32,000 nt of DNA, taken from Cereibacter sphaeroides 2.4.1 (GTDB lineage Bacteria > Pseudomonadota > Alphaproteobacteria > Rhodobacterales > Rhodobacteraceae). The notes below the pieces were generated by a model. It was not told the origin of the DNA and made no database searches. It was given only the letters and a program-made list of their open reading frames with translations. The stretch is taken from the NCBI RefSeq assembly GCF_000012905.2, contig NC_007493.2:1200001-1232000 (forward strand), written 5' to 3'. This document shows, one piece after another, positions 1 to 8,317 of the stretch (the first letter of the stretch is position 1; the number at the start of each line of letters is the position of its first letter). The position numbers and the translations under genes are program-made.

Positions 1-1437
1 GCGGTTGCCTCCGGCATCGAGGCGCTGGTGGCGGCCTTTCCCGCCTGCGAGCCCGCCCTCGACGAGGTCTGGATCGCGGAATATCTATCTGGCCAGCCCA
101 CCTGTGCCCGCCGGACCGTCTATCGCGGCATCTCCCGGCTCGAGCCCGCCCACATGCTGCTGGTCGAGAAGGGCCGGACCGAGGTCCGTCGCTACTGGCA
201 GCTGGAGGTGGCGCCGCGGCGCCGCGCCGATCCGCCCGAAGCGCTGCTCGAACTGCTCGACCGCTCCGTGACGGCGCGGATGCAGGGCGGCCCGGTGGGC
301 TCGATGCTGAGCGGAGGGCTCGATTCCGGCACGGTCTCGATGCTGGCTTCACGCCGGTCGGAGGGGCCGCTGCCGGTCATCTCGATGAAGTTCGACGATC
401 ATCCGGAGATCGACGAGAGCGAGTGGATCGCGAAGATCCATGCTGCCGGCCGGTTCCGTCCGGTCTGGATCGACGGTCGTGACGCCCATGGTGGCGATGT
501 GGCCGAGCTGCTGGCCGAGCAGGGGGGGCCCTTCTTCGCGCCCAATCTGGCCACCTCGCGCTGGCTCTACCGGCGCGCGGCGGAGGCCGGCGTCGAGATT
601 CTGCTCGACGGCCATGGCGGCGACGAGGTGATCTCCTTCGGCGTGGCCCGGCTGACCGAACTGGCCTCCGAGGCCCAATGGCGGACCCTCTGGCAGTCGA
701 CGGCCGCCGTGTCGGACCTGTTCGGCGGATCGCGGCGGGAGTTCTTCCTGAATTCGATGGCGCAGGGCGCGCAGTCCCGCTGGCTGCGCGCCATGGCGCG
801 GCGGCTGAATGTGGGCGCAAAGCGCGATCCCCGGGCGTGGCGGCAGGCGCTCCATCCGGCGCTGGTGGCGCGGACGGGCCTCGTCCAGCGCGTGCAGGAG
901 GCGGCCGGCGCGCGCAAGCGGGGGGCCACCGACGACATCCGCCAGCATGTGGCGACCCTGACCGCCCCGCGCTATCCGACCACGCTCGAAGTGCTCGACC
1001 GCGCAGCCACGCTCTGCGGGATCGAGCCGCGCTATCCGTTCCTCGAGCGGCGGCTGATCGAACATTGCGTGGCCCAGCCCGCCGCGGCGAAGTTCCACGA
1101 TGGCATGACACGCGCCCTCCTGCGCGATGCGGTGCGGGGGCTTCTGCCCGACGAGGTGCGGCTGCGCACCAGCAAGACCAATTTCACCCCCAACGTCCGC
1201 GCGCGCATGCTGACGAGCTGGGGCGACAATCTCAACCGGATCGCCGGCTGCAATCCCGGCCGGATCGGCGACTATGTCGATCTGGCCGTCATCCGCGAGG
1301 GCATCCAGCGGCTGCGGGCGGGCGAGCCCGACCAGCCGGCCCTCCTCCAGACCATGCGGGCGGTCGTGCTCGACGAATGGCTGCGCGGCGGATCGTCCGC
1401 GCTGGCCCCCCGCCTCGACAGAAGGACCCCCGCATGA
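1..1437 (+). CDS. Asparagine synthetase B-family amidotransferase, PP-loop synthetase domain; 5' end lies outside the window; possible lasso-peptide-type cyclase
   Basis: Frame 1 is open from base 1; the track ORF 28..1437 only begins at the first GTG. PP-loop motif SMLSGGLDSG. Stop TGA 1435-1437 overlaps the next start (ATGA). Confidence 0.85.
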   Translation, partial: AVASGIEALVAAFPACEPALDEVWIAEYLSGQPTCARRTVYRGISRLEPAHMLLVEKGRTEVRRYWQLEVAPRRRADPPEALLELLDRSVTARMQGGPVGSMLSGGLDSGTVSMLASRRSEGPLPVISMKFDDHPEIDESEWIAKIHAAGRFRPVWIDGRDAHGGDVAELLAEQGGPFFAPNLATSRWLYRRAAEAGVEILLDGHGGDEVISFGVARLTELASEAQWRTLWQSTAAVSDLFGGSRREFFLNSMAQGAQSRWLRAMARRLNVGAKRDPRAWRQALHPALVARTGLVQRVQEAAGARKRGATDDIRQHVATLTAPRYPTTLEVLDRAATLCGIEPRYPFLERRLIEHCVAQPAAAKFHDGMTRALLRDAVRGLLPDEVRLRTSKTNFTPNVRARMLTSWGDNLNRIAGCNPGRIGDYVDLAVIREGIQRLRAGEPDQPALLQTMRAVVLDEWLRGGSSALAPRLDRRTPA

Positions 1438-2354
1438 GTGCCCTCCAGTCGCTCCGCCCCGCACTGCGCACCGCCTACGGCTTGGCCGTTCGGTCGGACA
1501 TCGACCTGCCCGAACTCGAGCCCCTGCCGGGCGACGGGGCTGCGGATCTGACCGTGCGCCGCGGCGCGCTTCCGGAGTTGCCGGGCGAGGGAGGCTTCCG
1601 CACGCGCTTCGCGCCCGAGCGGGCCGAGCTCTGGTGGCAGACGGTCGGCACCTTCCGTGTCGAGCCGGGCCTCGTGACGGCAAGCCCCCATGCCGGCGTC
1701 TCCGAGGATCTGGTGGCCTATCCGCTTCTGGGCTCGGTGCTGGCGCTGGCGCTGGAGCAGCTCGGCCTCTTCACGATCCATGCGAGCGCCGTCTCGGTCG
1801 GCGGCCATGGCGTGGTGATGATGGGCGACAAGGGCGCCGGCAAATCCACCACCGCCACGGCGATGATCCGGGCGGGCCATCCGCTGATTGCCGACGATAT
1901 CGTGGCGGTGGACGAGGGGTTCCGGCTGCGCCCCGGCTTCCCGCAGGTGAAGCTCTCGCCCGCGGCGGCGGCGGCCTTCGACGCGCCCGATGCGGTCCAC
2001 CGCCCGACGGTGCCCGAGGTGCCCGAGAAATGCCGCGTCCTGCTGCCCGAGCGGTTCGCCCGGGGCGCCACGCCGCTCAAGCGGATCTACCGGCTCGAAC
2101 GCGCGCCGGCCGGAACCGAACCTGCGGTGATCTCGGTGTCGCCGATCGAGGCGCTGCCGCTTGCGTTGCGCTTCGCTTATGTCACCCGCTTCGGTGCCGA
2201 GGCGCTGAACGGAGCCGCCGGCGCCCGGCATCTGCGGCAGGCCGCGGCAATCGCGGCGAGCGGCGTCCTGCACCGGGTGATCGTGCCCCATGCGCTCGAC
2301 CGGCTGCCCGAGGTGGTGGCGCTGATCGAACGCGACGCCGGAGCCGCAGCATGA
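1434..2354 (+). CDS. HPr kinase/phosphorylase-like P-loop protein (HprK-related kinase)
   Basis: Internal ATG at 1434 of track ORF 678..2354 (MSALQSLRP...), in an ATGA overlap with the upstream stop. P-loop VVMMGDKGAGKSTTA followed by LIADD resembles the HPrK catalytic domain. 306 aa. Confidence 0.7.
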   Translation: MSALQSLRPALRTAYGLAVRSDIDLPELEPLPGDGAADLTVRRGALPELPGEGGFRTRFAPERAELWWQTVGTFRVEPGLVTASPHAGVSEDLVAYPLLGSVLALALEQLGLFTIHASAVSVGGHGVVMMGDKGAGKSTTATAMIRAGHPLIADDIVAVDEGFRLRPGFPQVKLSPAAAAAFDAPDAVHRPTVPEVPEKCRVLLPERFARGATPLKRIYRLERAPAGTEPAVISVSPIEALPLALRFAYVTRFGAEALNGAAGARHLRQAAAIAASGVLHRVIVPHALDRLPEVVALIERDAGAAA

Positions 2355-4207
2355 GCGACGAGGCCGCCCCCGTCCGCCCGCTCGAGGGGCTGCGCAGCGC
2401 CACGGCCCTCGTACGGGCCATGGCGCGCTTCGGCCGCAAGCGGCTGGCGGTGGCGCTCACCTTCCTTGTTCTCGGCAACGTGACCGAGGGCATCTCGATC
2501 CTCCTGCTGCTGCCGATCCTGACGCTCGCGGGCCGGGGCGCGCCCGACTATGCGATCGACCTCGGCGGACGGCATGTCATGGGCTATGCGCTGCCCGACG
2601 TGAGCGTGGGGCTCGAGTTTCTGCTCGGGGCCATCGTGGTGCTGGTGGCGCTGCAGGCGGCCTTCAATCGGGTGAAGGCGGTCTATCTCTCGGATCTCCT
2701 GCAGGATTTCGCCAACGGCACCCGGGCGGGGCTGTTCTCGGCCGTGGCCTCGGCGCGATGGGAGACGGTGGTGCGGATGCGCCGTGCCGATCTCGAACAT
2801 GCGCTGACCGGTGAGATCGACCGGATCACCTTCTCGGGCTTCGTCTCGCTCAACCTCATGCAGATCGTCGTGGGGCTCGCGATCTATTTCGTGCTCTGCC
2901 TCGCGGTTTCGGTGCCGATGACGCTCTTTGCCTTCGGCTTCGGGCTGATCGCGCTGCTGCTGCTGAAGCCCTACCGCAAGCTCGCCGAGCGGTTCGGCCA
3001 GAAGATCCAGTCGGCGCGCACCGTGCAGGCGCGGCTGGTATCGGAGTTCATCTCGGGGCTGAAGACCGCCCGCTCGATGAACCAGGAGCCGATGCATGTG
3101 GCCCAGTTCGAGCGGACGCTCGATGCGACCAAAGCCGATGCGCATGACTATGCCCGCCGGAACGCGCTCGGCAACGGGCTCTTTCAGGTGGCGCTGGCCA
3201 TCGGTGCCGCAGGCTTCGTGCTGCTCTCGCTCCGTATCGCGGGGCTTGAGATGTCGCAGATGCTGGTGCTGCTCGTGATCCTGATGCGAGTGACGCCGCG
3301 CTTTCAGGGCGTGCAGGCGCAGGTGCAGGCGCTGCTCGTGGATCTGCCGGCCTGGTGGCGGGTGGCCGATCTTCAGCAGCGGCTCGAGGCCAACCGCGAG
3401 GGCGGCAGGGGCTTCGCCTCGGCCCCGGTGCCCGTGCCGCGGCAGGAGATCCTGCTCGACCGCGTGACCTACCGCCACAAGGAAGGGTCCGAGGAAGCGG
3501 CGCTGTCCGACTGCACGATCCGTCTGCCCGTGGGGCAGGCCACGGCGCTGATCGGCGCGTCCGGCGCGGGCAAGAGCACGGTGGCCGACATCGTGATGGG
3601 GCTGATCCGGCCCGAGGCCGGGCGCTTCCTCGTCGACGGGCGCGAGCTTTCGGAGGCCGAGCGGCGCGGTTGGCGCGAACATCTGGCCTATGTCCCGCAG
3701 GAGACCTTCCTGTTGCACGACACGATCCGGGCGAACCTTGCCATCGTGGCCCCCGGGGCGACCGAGGCCGAGATGCGGGAGGCTTTGGCCGATGCGGCGG
3801 CGGACCGTTTCGTGGCCGCGCTGCCCGAGGGGCTCGACACGCGCGTGGGCGACCGGGGCACGCTGCTTTCGGGTGGCGAACGGCAGCGGATCGCGCTGGC
3901 GCGCGCCTTCCTGCGCCGTCCGGCGGTCCTGATCCTCGACGAGGCCACCAGCGCGCTCGACTGGGAGAGCCAGAGCCGGGTGGCCGAGGCGCTGGCCCGG
4001 CGAGCGGGCAGCATGACGGTGCTGACCATCGCGCACCGCCCCTCGATGGTGGCCTTCGCGGATCGGGTCTACACGCTCGAGGCGGGCCGCGTCGTCGAAG
4101 AGGGCGCCATGGCCGACCTCATGCGGAACGGCGAGGGCCATCTGGCGCGGATGTTCGCGCACGAGGCGTCTGAGCCGGGCCGCCGGCGTCTGGCACAGGG
4201 TGCGTGA
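2351..4207 (+). CDS. Fused ABC exporter (N-terminal 6-TM permease + C-terminal ATPase), MsbA/McjD-like
   Basis: ATG 2351 (MSDEAAPVRP...) inside track ORF 1274..4207, in an ATGA overlap with the upstream stop. Hydrophobic N-terminal half. Walker A GASGAGKST, signature LSGGERQRIALARA, Walker B VLILDEATSALD. Confidence 0.9.
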   Translation: MSDEAAPVRPLEGLRSATALVRAMARFGRKRLAVALTFLVLGNVTEGISILLLLPILTLAGRGAPDYAIDLGGRHVMGYALPDVSVGLEFLLGAIVVLVALQAAFNRVKAVYLSDLLQDFANGTRAGLFSAVASARWETVVRMRRADLEHALTGEIDRITFSGFVSLNLMQIVVGLAIYFVLCLAVSVPMTLFAFGFGLIALLLLKPYRKLAERFGQKIQSARTVQARLVSEFISGLKTARSMNQEPMHVAQFERTLDATKADAHDYARRNALGNGLFQVALAIGAAGFVLLSLRIAGLEMSQMLVLLVILMRVTPRFQGVQAQVQALLVDLPAWWRVADLQQRLEANREGGRGFASAPVPVPRQEILLDRVTYRHKEGSEEAALSDCTIRLPVGQATALIGASGAGKSTVADIVMGLIRPEAGRFLVDGRELSEAERRGWREHLAYVPQETFLLHDTIRANLAIVAPGATEAEMREALADAAADRFVAALPEGLDTRVGDRGTLLSGGERQRIALARAFLRRPAVLILDEATSALDWESQSRVAEALARRAGSMTVLTIAHRPSMVAFADRVYTLEAGRVVEEGAMADLMRNGEGHLARMFAHEASEPGRRRLAQGA

Positions 4208-4340
4208 GCTTCTGCGGTCACGGGCCGTTGCGGGACGTGCTCGCTGAGAAGTTATTCGGGAATCGCAAGTCTTCTGCGGCACATTCCATGACCTGTCGTG
4301 ACCGGCGGCAGGCTTGAAGACCGCTCGGTCGACGGCCGCG

Positions 4341-4598
4341 TCACAGGCCCGACTGTTGCGACTTGTGGATCGGAATGAGCTTGTCGGACGGGGCCTCCGA
4401 GGCGCTCCCCTCTCTTCGGCTCAGCGATTCCTCTCGTGTCATCAATAGGATGAGGCCGAGGTAGAGCATCTGAGAGATCACGAGGGTCCCGACGACGAAC
4501 CCCGTGACGGCCCAGCCGGAATAGCCCAGATGGATGGCCCCGGCGGCGACTGCGACGGCTGTCCCGCTCATCCCGATCAAGAACGCTGCTATCCGCAT
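4341..4598 (-). CDS. Small two-helix membrane protein with polar C-terminal tail; possibly an ExoX/Psi-like exopolysaccharide repressor
   Basis: Internal ATG (aa 74 of track ORF 4341..4817), preceded by GGGAGGGtaac. MRIAAFLIGMSGTAVAVAAGAI... and ...VTGFVVGTLVISQMLYLGLILLM form two hydrophobic helices followed by a charged tail. Its size and its position beside the exo genes are reminiscent of rhizobial ExoX. Confidence 0.6.
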   Translation of the reverse strand: MRIAAFLIGMSGTAVAVAAGAIHLGYSGWAVTGFVVGTLVISQMLYLGLILLMTREESLSRREGSASEAPSDKLIPIHKSQQSGL

Positions 4599-4613
4599 GT
4601 TACCCTCCCGAGA

Positions 4614-4632
4614 GCGCAACCCGAAGTTGCGC
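4614..4632 (-). promoter_or_regulatory. 7-bp perfect stem-loop in the 5' leader of the small membrane-protein gene, 4 nt upstream of its SD
   Basis: GCGCAAC-ccgaa-GTTGCGC on +. On the mRNA strand this is GCGCAAC-UUCGG-GUUGCGC followed by cucGGGAGGGuaacAUG. Confidence 0.4.
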
Positions 4633-4914
4633 CTTACCTGATAAATAGGCAGGATGTCGCCGAAGGGAAAGGGACCTGTCGCACAGACCTCATCTGTCAG
4701 CGAACTGACGCCGAAAATCGGCGGAGATGCCGCGCCCGATGGGCCGGCAATCTTTGCATGTTTCGCTCGGAGGGACGGAACATCCTGCTGGGGAAGCCGA
4801 CACCGACGGGCCGACACTCGACCGGGCCTATCGCTCTCGACGGTCCAGCAATCGCCCCGTTCCTCGTCCGGAAGGAGGGAGCGGTCTGAACGGGAAGCCG
4901 GCCCCGACAGCCAG

Positions 4915-4944
4915 AATGAAAAGGCCCCGGCGGGAGCCGGGGCG
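4915..4944 (-). terminator. Rho-independent terminator downstream of the exoP-like gene
   Basis: 8-bp GC stem 4924-4931/4936-4943 (GCCCCGGC/GCCGGGGC) with a 4-nt loop. On the minus strand it is followed by UUUU (4919-4922). It lies 27 nt after the stop at 4971. Confidence 0.6.
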
Positions 4945-4970
4945 CTGTAAGCCCATGCCGGGAAGGGGGA

Positions 4971-7340
4971 TCAGCTCGTGCCGCTGCGGCCCGAGAAGTA
5001 GTCGCCATATTCCTCGTAATAGTGCTCGCCGCCGGTCTGCGGGACGTAGTCGCGCAGCGACTCCATGTCGACCTTGTTCAGCACCACGCCGAGGGTCTTC
5101 TCCATGAGCGCGGGCTCGTTCATCAGCGTCTCGCGCAGCAGCGCCTTGGGCGTCTTGCCCCACTCCGCCACCATCACGACCTGATCGACCATCGGCACCA
5201 CCACGCGGGCATCGACCACCGGGCCGAGCGGCGCGAGGTCGAGGATGACGTGGCTGTAGCGGGCCCGGGCCGCGGCCAGAAGCTGCCGCATGCCCTTGGA
5301 ACCCAGCATCTCGCTGGAATGGGTCATCATGCCGGGGGTGATGCAGGGCAGCAGATGCACGCCGCTGTCGCCGATCACCCGCAGGGCCTTGGTCCAGTCG
5401 GCCCGGCCGAGCGCAGCCTCGACGAGGCCCACGCCGCGCGTCAGGCCGAGCCGGCGGCTGAGGCCCGGGTTGCGCGGGTCGGTGTCGATCAGCAGCACCG
5501 AATTGCCCGAGGCCGCCATCACCGCGGCCAGGTTCAGCGCGACCGAGGATTTGCCCTCGCCCGGCCGGATCGAGGTGATCCCCATCACGATCTGCGACTT
5601 GCCCGCGAGGCTCACCTCGGAGGAGAAGCGGATGTTGCGCAGGGTCTCGGCATAGTGCGAGCGCGGATGCTGCAGCGCATGGATCGGCTTGCGCACGACC
5701 GGAAGACCCGGCACCGGCTCGTTCAGCTTCAGCGGCGCGTTGCGGGCCTGCCGCGACAGCTGCGGTGCACCGTTCGCCGCATCGAAGTGGGGCAGGTAGC
5801 CGAGGAACCGCTGGCCCACGTCGTTCTGCACATCCTCTCCGGTGCGCAGGAACCGGTCGCGCCATTCGCGCAGCGCGCCGATGCCCGCGCCCGCCATGCC
5901 GCCCAGCACCAGCATCACCGCGAGGACGCGCATGGTGCTCGGCCCCGCGGGCGTGAGCGGCACGTCGGCATGGGCGAGGATGCGGACGTTCGAGATCGGG
6001 AAGCTCTTCTGCTGGTCGATCTCCTGGAAGCGGGTCAGGAAGGTCTGGTAGAGCGTCTGCAGCGTTTCAGCCCGCTGTTCCAGCGACTTCAGCTGCACCT
6101 GCTTGCGCCCGGCTTCGGAGTTCACGTCGACCGCGAGCCCGAGGCTCTCGCGCAGGGCCTGCACCTGAGCGCTGGCCACGTTGTAGGAGCCGCGCGCTTC
6201 CTCGTGCAGACGGCGCACTTCGCCGAAGAGGACGTTGATCTGGGCCGAGACCTGCTCGCGCAGCCGCACGGCCTGCGGATGGTCCTCGCCGAAGTCGCGC
6301 TCGATCCGGTCGAGACGCGCGGACAGGCCCGACAGCTGGTCCTGCATTTCGATCAGCCGGTCGTTGCCCTGCAGCGAGAAGCCGCTGCTGCGCTCGGACA
6401 GGAACGCCTCGGGTCCGCGGTCGAGGATCTCCTGATAGGTGCTCATCAGCGCCTGCGCCCGGGCCGCCTCGGTCATGGCCGCGGCCAGATCGTCGTTCAG
6501 CTTCGAGACGTTCTCTTCGGTGATGAGCGCCCCGCGCGTCGAGACGAGGTTGTTCTCCGCGCGGAAGATCTCGGCCTCGACCGCCGCCTCGCGGGCCTGC
6601 GACTGCAGGGCCTCGAGCCGCTCGCGCAGCCATTCCGTCGTGCGCTCCGTCGCGTCATAGTTCGCGTTCAGCAGGTCGGAGACATAGGCTTCGGCATAGG
6701 CATTGGCGACCGAGGCCGCGAGGGCAGGGTCGTGCGAGGCATAGGAGATCTGGAACACGCTCGAGCGGCCGACGCGCATCACGTTGATCTTGGCCGCCAG
6801 CGAGTCCGCAACGAGCTGACGCTTGCGCTGCTCGATCTGCTCCGGCGTGGGGGGCGGACCTGCGGGGCCGGAGGGCGTCGAGGGCGTAATGAGGCGGATC
6901 GGCGCACGCACGACCTCCTTCACGCCGTTGACCACGGTGGCCAGCAGCGGCACCGGCCGGTTCAGGAAGGACTCGTTCTCGGTCAGCTTCAGCATGTCCG
7001 TCACGGCGAGCGCCACGGGCTGCGAGCGGATCACCTCCTGCGCGCTTTCGAGCGCGTTCTCGGAGGCGCTGCTGTCGATGGCCGACACTTCTTCGATGGT
7101 CCGGTTGACCTTGCCGGCCAGCAGCACGGTGGAATTCGCCACGAAGGTCTTCGGCGTGGTCGCGAGATAGACGAGGCCGAGGCACAGGCCGATCGCGCAG
7201 GAGATCATCATCACCCGCCGTTGCCGACGCACGGCTCCGAGGATCCGGGAGACGTCGATCGTGTCCGCAGGGGCAACGGCAGCCACAGGCGCATCGATGC
7301 GCGGATCGCTGTCGGCGATGCGAAATCCGAACTGCTTCAA
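4971..7340 (-). CDS. Polysaccharide co-polymerase / tyrosine autokinase (ExoP/Wzc family)
   Basis: 789 aa. N-terminal Wzz-like region with TM helix (VMMISCAIGLCLGLVYL), long coiled-coil periplasmic domain, Pro-rich motif plus second TM (PLTPAGPSTMRVLAVMLVLGGMAGAG). C-terminal P-loop kinase: Walker A RPGEGKSS, A' LLIDTDPRNP, B VILDLAP. Tyr-rich tail HYYEEYGDYF. TTG start at 7340 preceded by AGGAGcagaac, overlapping the upstream stop (TTGA). Confidence 0.9.
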   Translation of the reverse strand: MKQFGFRIADSDPRIDAPVAAVAPADTIDVSRILGAVRRQRRVMMISCAIGLCLGLVYLATTPKTFVANSTVLLAGKVNRTIEEVSAIDSSASENALESAQEVIRSQPVALAVTDMLKLTENESFLNRPVPLLATVVNGVKEVVRAPIRLITPSTPSGPAGPPPTPEQIEQRKRQLVADSLAAKINVMRVGRSSVFQISYASHDPALAASVANAYAEAYVSDLLNANYDATERTTEWLRERLEALQSQAREAAVEAEIFRAENNLVSTRGALITEENVSKLNDDLAAAMTEAARAQALMSTYQEILDRGPEAFLSERSSGFSLQGNDRLIEMQDQLSGLSARLDRIERDFGEDHPQAVRLREQVSAQINVLFGEVRRLHEEARGSYNVASAQVQALRESLGLAVDVNSEAGRKQVQLKSLEQRAETLQTLYQTFLTRFQEIDQQKSFPISNVRILAHADVPLTPAGPSTMRVLAVMLVLGGMAGAGIGALREWRDRFLRTGEDVQNDVGQRFLGYLPHFDAANGAPQLSRQARNAPLKLNEPVPGLPVVRKPIHALQHPRSHYAETLRNIRFSSEVSLAGKSQIVMGITSIRPGEGKSSVALNLAAVMAASGNSVLLIDTDPRNPGLSRRLGLTRGVGLVEAALGRADWTKALRVIGDSGVHLLPCITPGMMTHSSEMLGSKGMRQLLAAARARYSHVILDLAPLGPVVDARVVVPMVDQVVMVAEWGKTPKALLRETLMNEPALMEKTLGVVLNKVDMESLRDYVPQTGGEHYYEEYGDYFSGRSGTS

Positions 7341-8317
7341 GTTCTGCTCCTCGAAACGAGATAACTATCCGTTTTTGAATCAAAGGTAGAAGGCGCAGGC
7401 CCGGTCCCGCCATAGATCGTGATGGGGCGTGCGCCGAAAAGTGCCGACAGTGTGCCGACATGCAGCGCACCGCGCAACAGCGCATTGTTCCGTCTGAGAG
7501 GATCGTGAACCGCCGCGAGCGCCATCCCGGAGCATGCCGCAACCTTGGAGAGAGCCACCAGCGCCTGTTTCGCGCGCTGAGCGCGCCCGGGGCCAGCGAT
7601 GAGGCTCGCATGGGTCTGGCCCATGCGGAATCGGCGACGCAGCAGCCATCCCAGACGTGCCCTGTCCGCGGGGACGGTCTCCCGCACCAGCGCATCGGGC
7701 GCGAATCCCAACCGGCCGCCGCGCCGCAGCATCGCCTCGAAGAAGGCGGTGTCCTCTCCGCCCGAGCGCCCGCGTTCAGGATCGAAGCGCAGCCCTTCCA
7801 GAGCGGGGGCCGTGAGGTCCATCAGCACGTTGCAGCTGTAGCCCGACTTGATCGAGCCGTCGGGCAGGAAGGTCGGCCGCGTGTCGTGGATCGCGCTTTC
7901 GCGCATCCAGGCGGGGGCCTCGGCGCCATGCTCGGCGCGCACGGGACCCAGCACCGCCTCGGCGCCCGTTCGGGCCAGAGCCTCGGTCAGGGCCTCGATC
8001 CAGCCCGGCTCCACCATCTCATCGTCGTCGAGGAAGGCCAGCCGCTCGAGGCCGCGCGCCCCGGCTGCCTCGAGGATGGCGTTCCGCGCGACCGAGATGT
8101 TGCGGGCCGGCGCATGAAGATAGCAGACCGGCAGCGGCAGGCCCTTGGCCGCCGCGTGAACCGTTTCGCGGGCCGAAGGTGTCTCGTCATTGTCGGCGAC
8201 GATCACGAGCCCGCTCATGCCCTCGGGCCAGCGCAGGGCCCCGAGCGAGGCGAGCGTGGCGGCAATGCCGGGGCGGCGGAAGGTGCAGATCCCGATGGCT
8301 ATGCGCGTGCCGGTCAT
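7337..8317 (-). CDS. Family 2 glycosyltransferase (ExoM-like)
   Basis: Internal ATG (aa 59 of track ORF 7337..8491) in an ATGA overlap with the upstream gene. MTGTRIAIGICTFRRP..., VIVADND and FLDDDE are GT-A/GT2 hallmarks. Confidence 0.85.
   Translation of the reverse strand: MTGTRIAIGICTFRRPGIAATLASLGALRWPEGMSGLVIVADNDETPSARETVHAAAKGLPLPVCYLHAPARNISVARNAILEAAGARGLERLAFLDDDEMVEPGWIEALTEALARTGAEAVLGPVRAEHGAEAPAWMRESAIHDTRPTFLPDGSIKSGYSCNVLMDLTAPALEGLRFDPERGRSGGEDTAFFEAMLRRGGRLGFAPDALVRETVPADRARLGWLLRRRFRMGQTHASLIAGPGRAQRAKQALVALSKVAACSGMALAAVHDPLRRNNALLRGALHVGTLSALFGARPITIYGGTGPAPSTFDSKTDSYLVSRSRT

Noticed and set aside
4209-4282. Direct repeat CTTCTGCGG x2 in the convergent gap after the ABC exporter.
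   Set aside because: A 9-nt repeat at about 60-nt distance could well arise by chance, and there is no associated structure.
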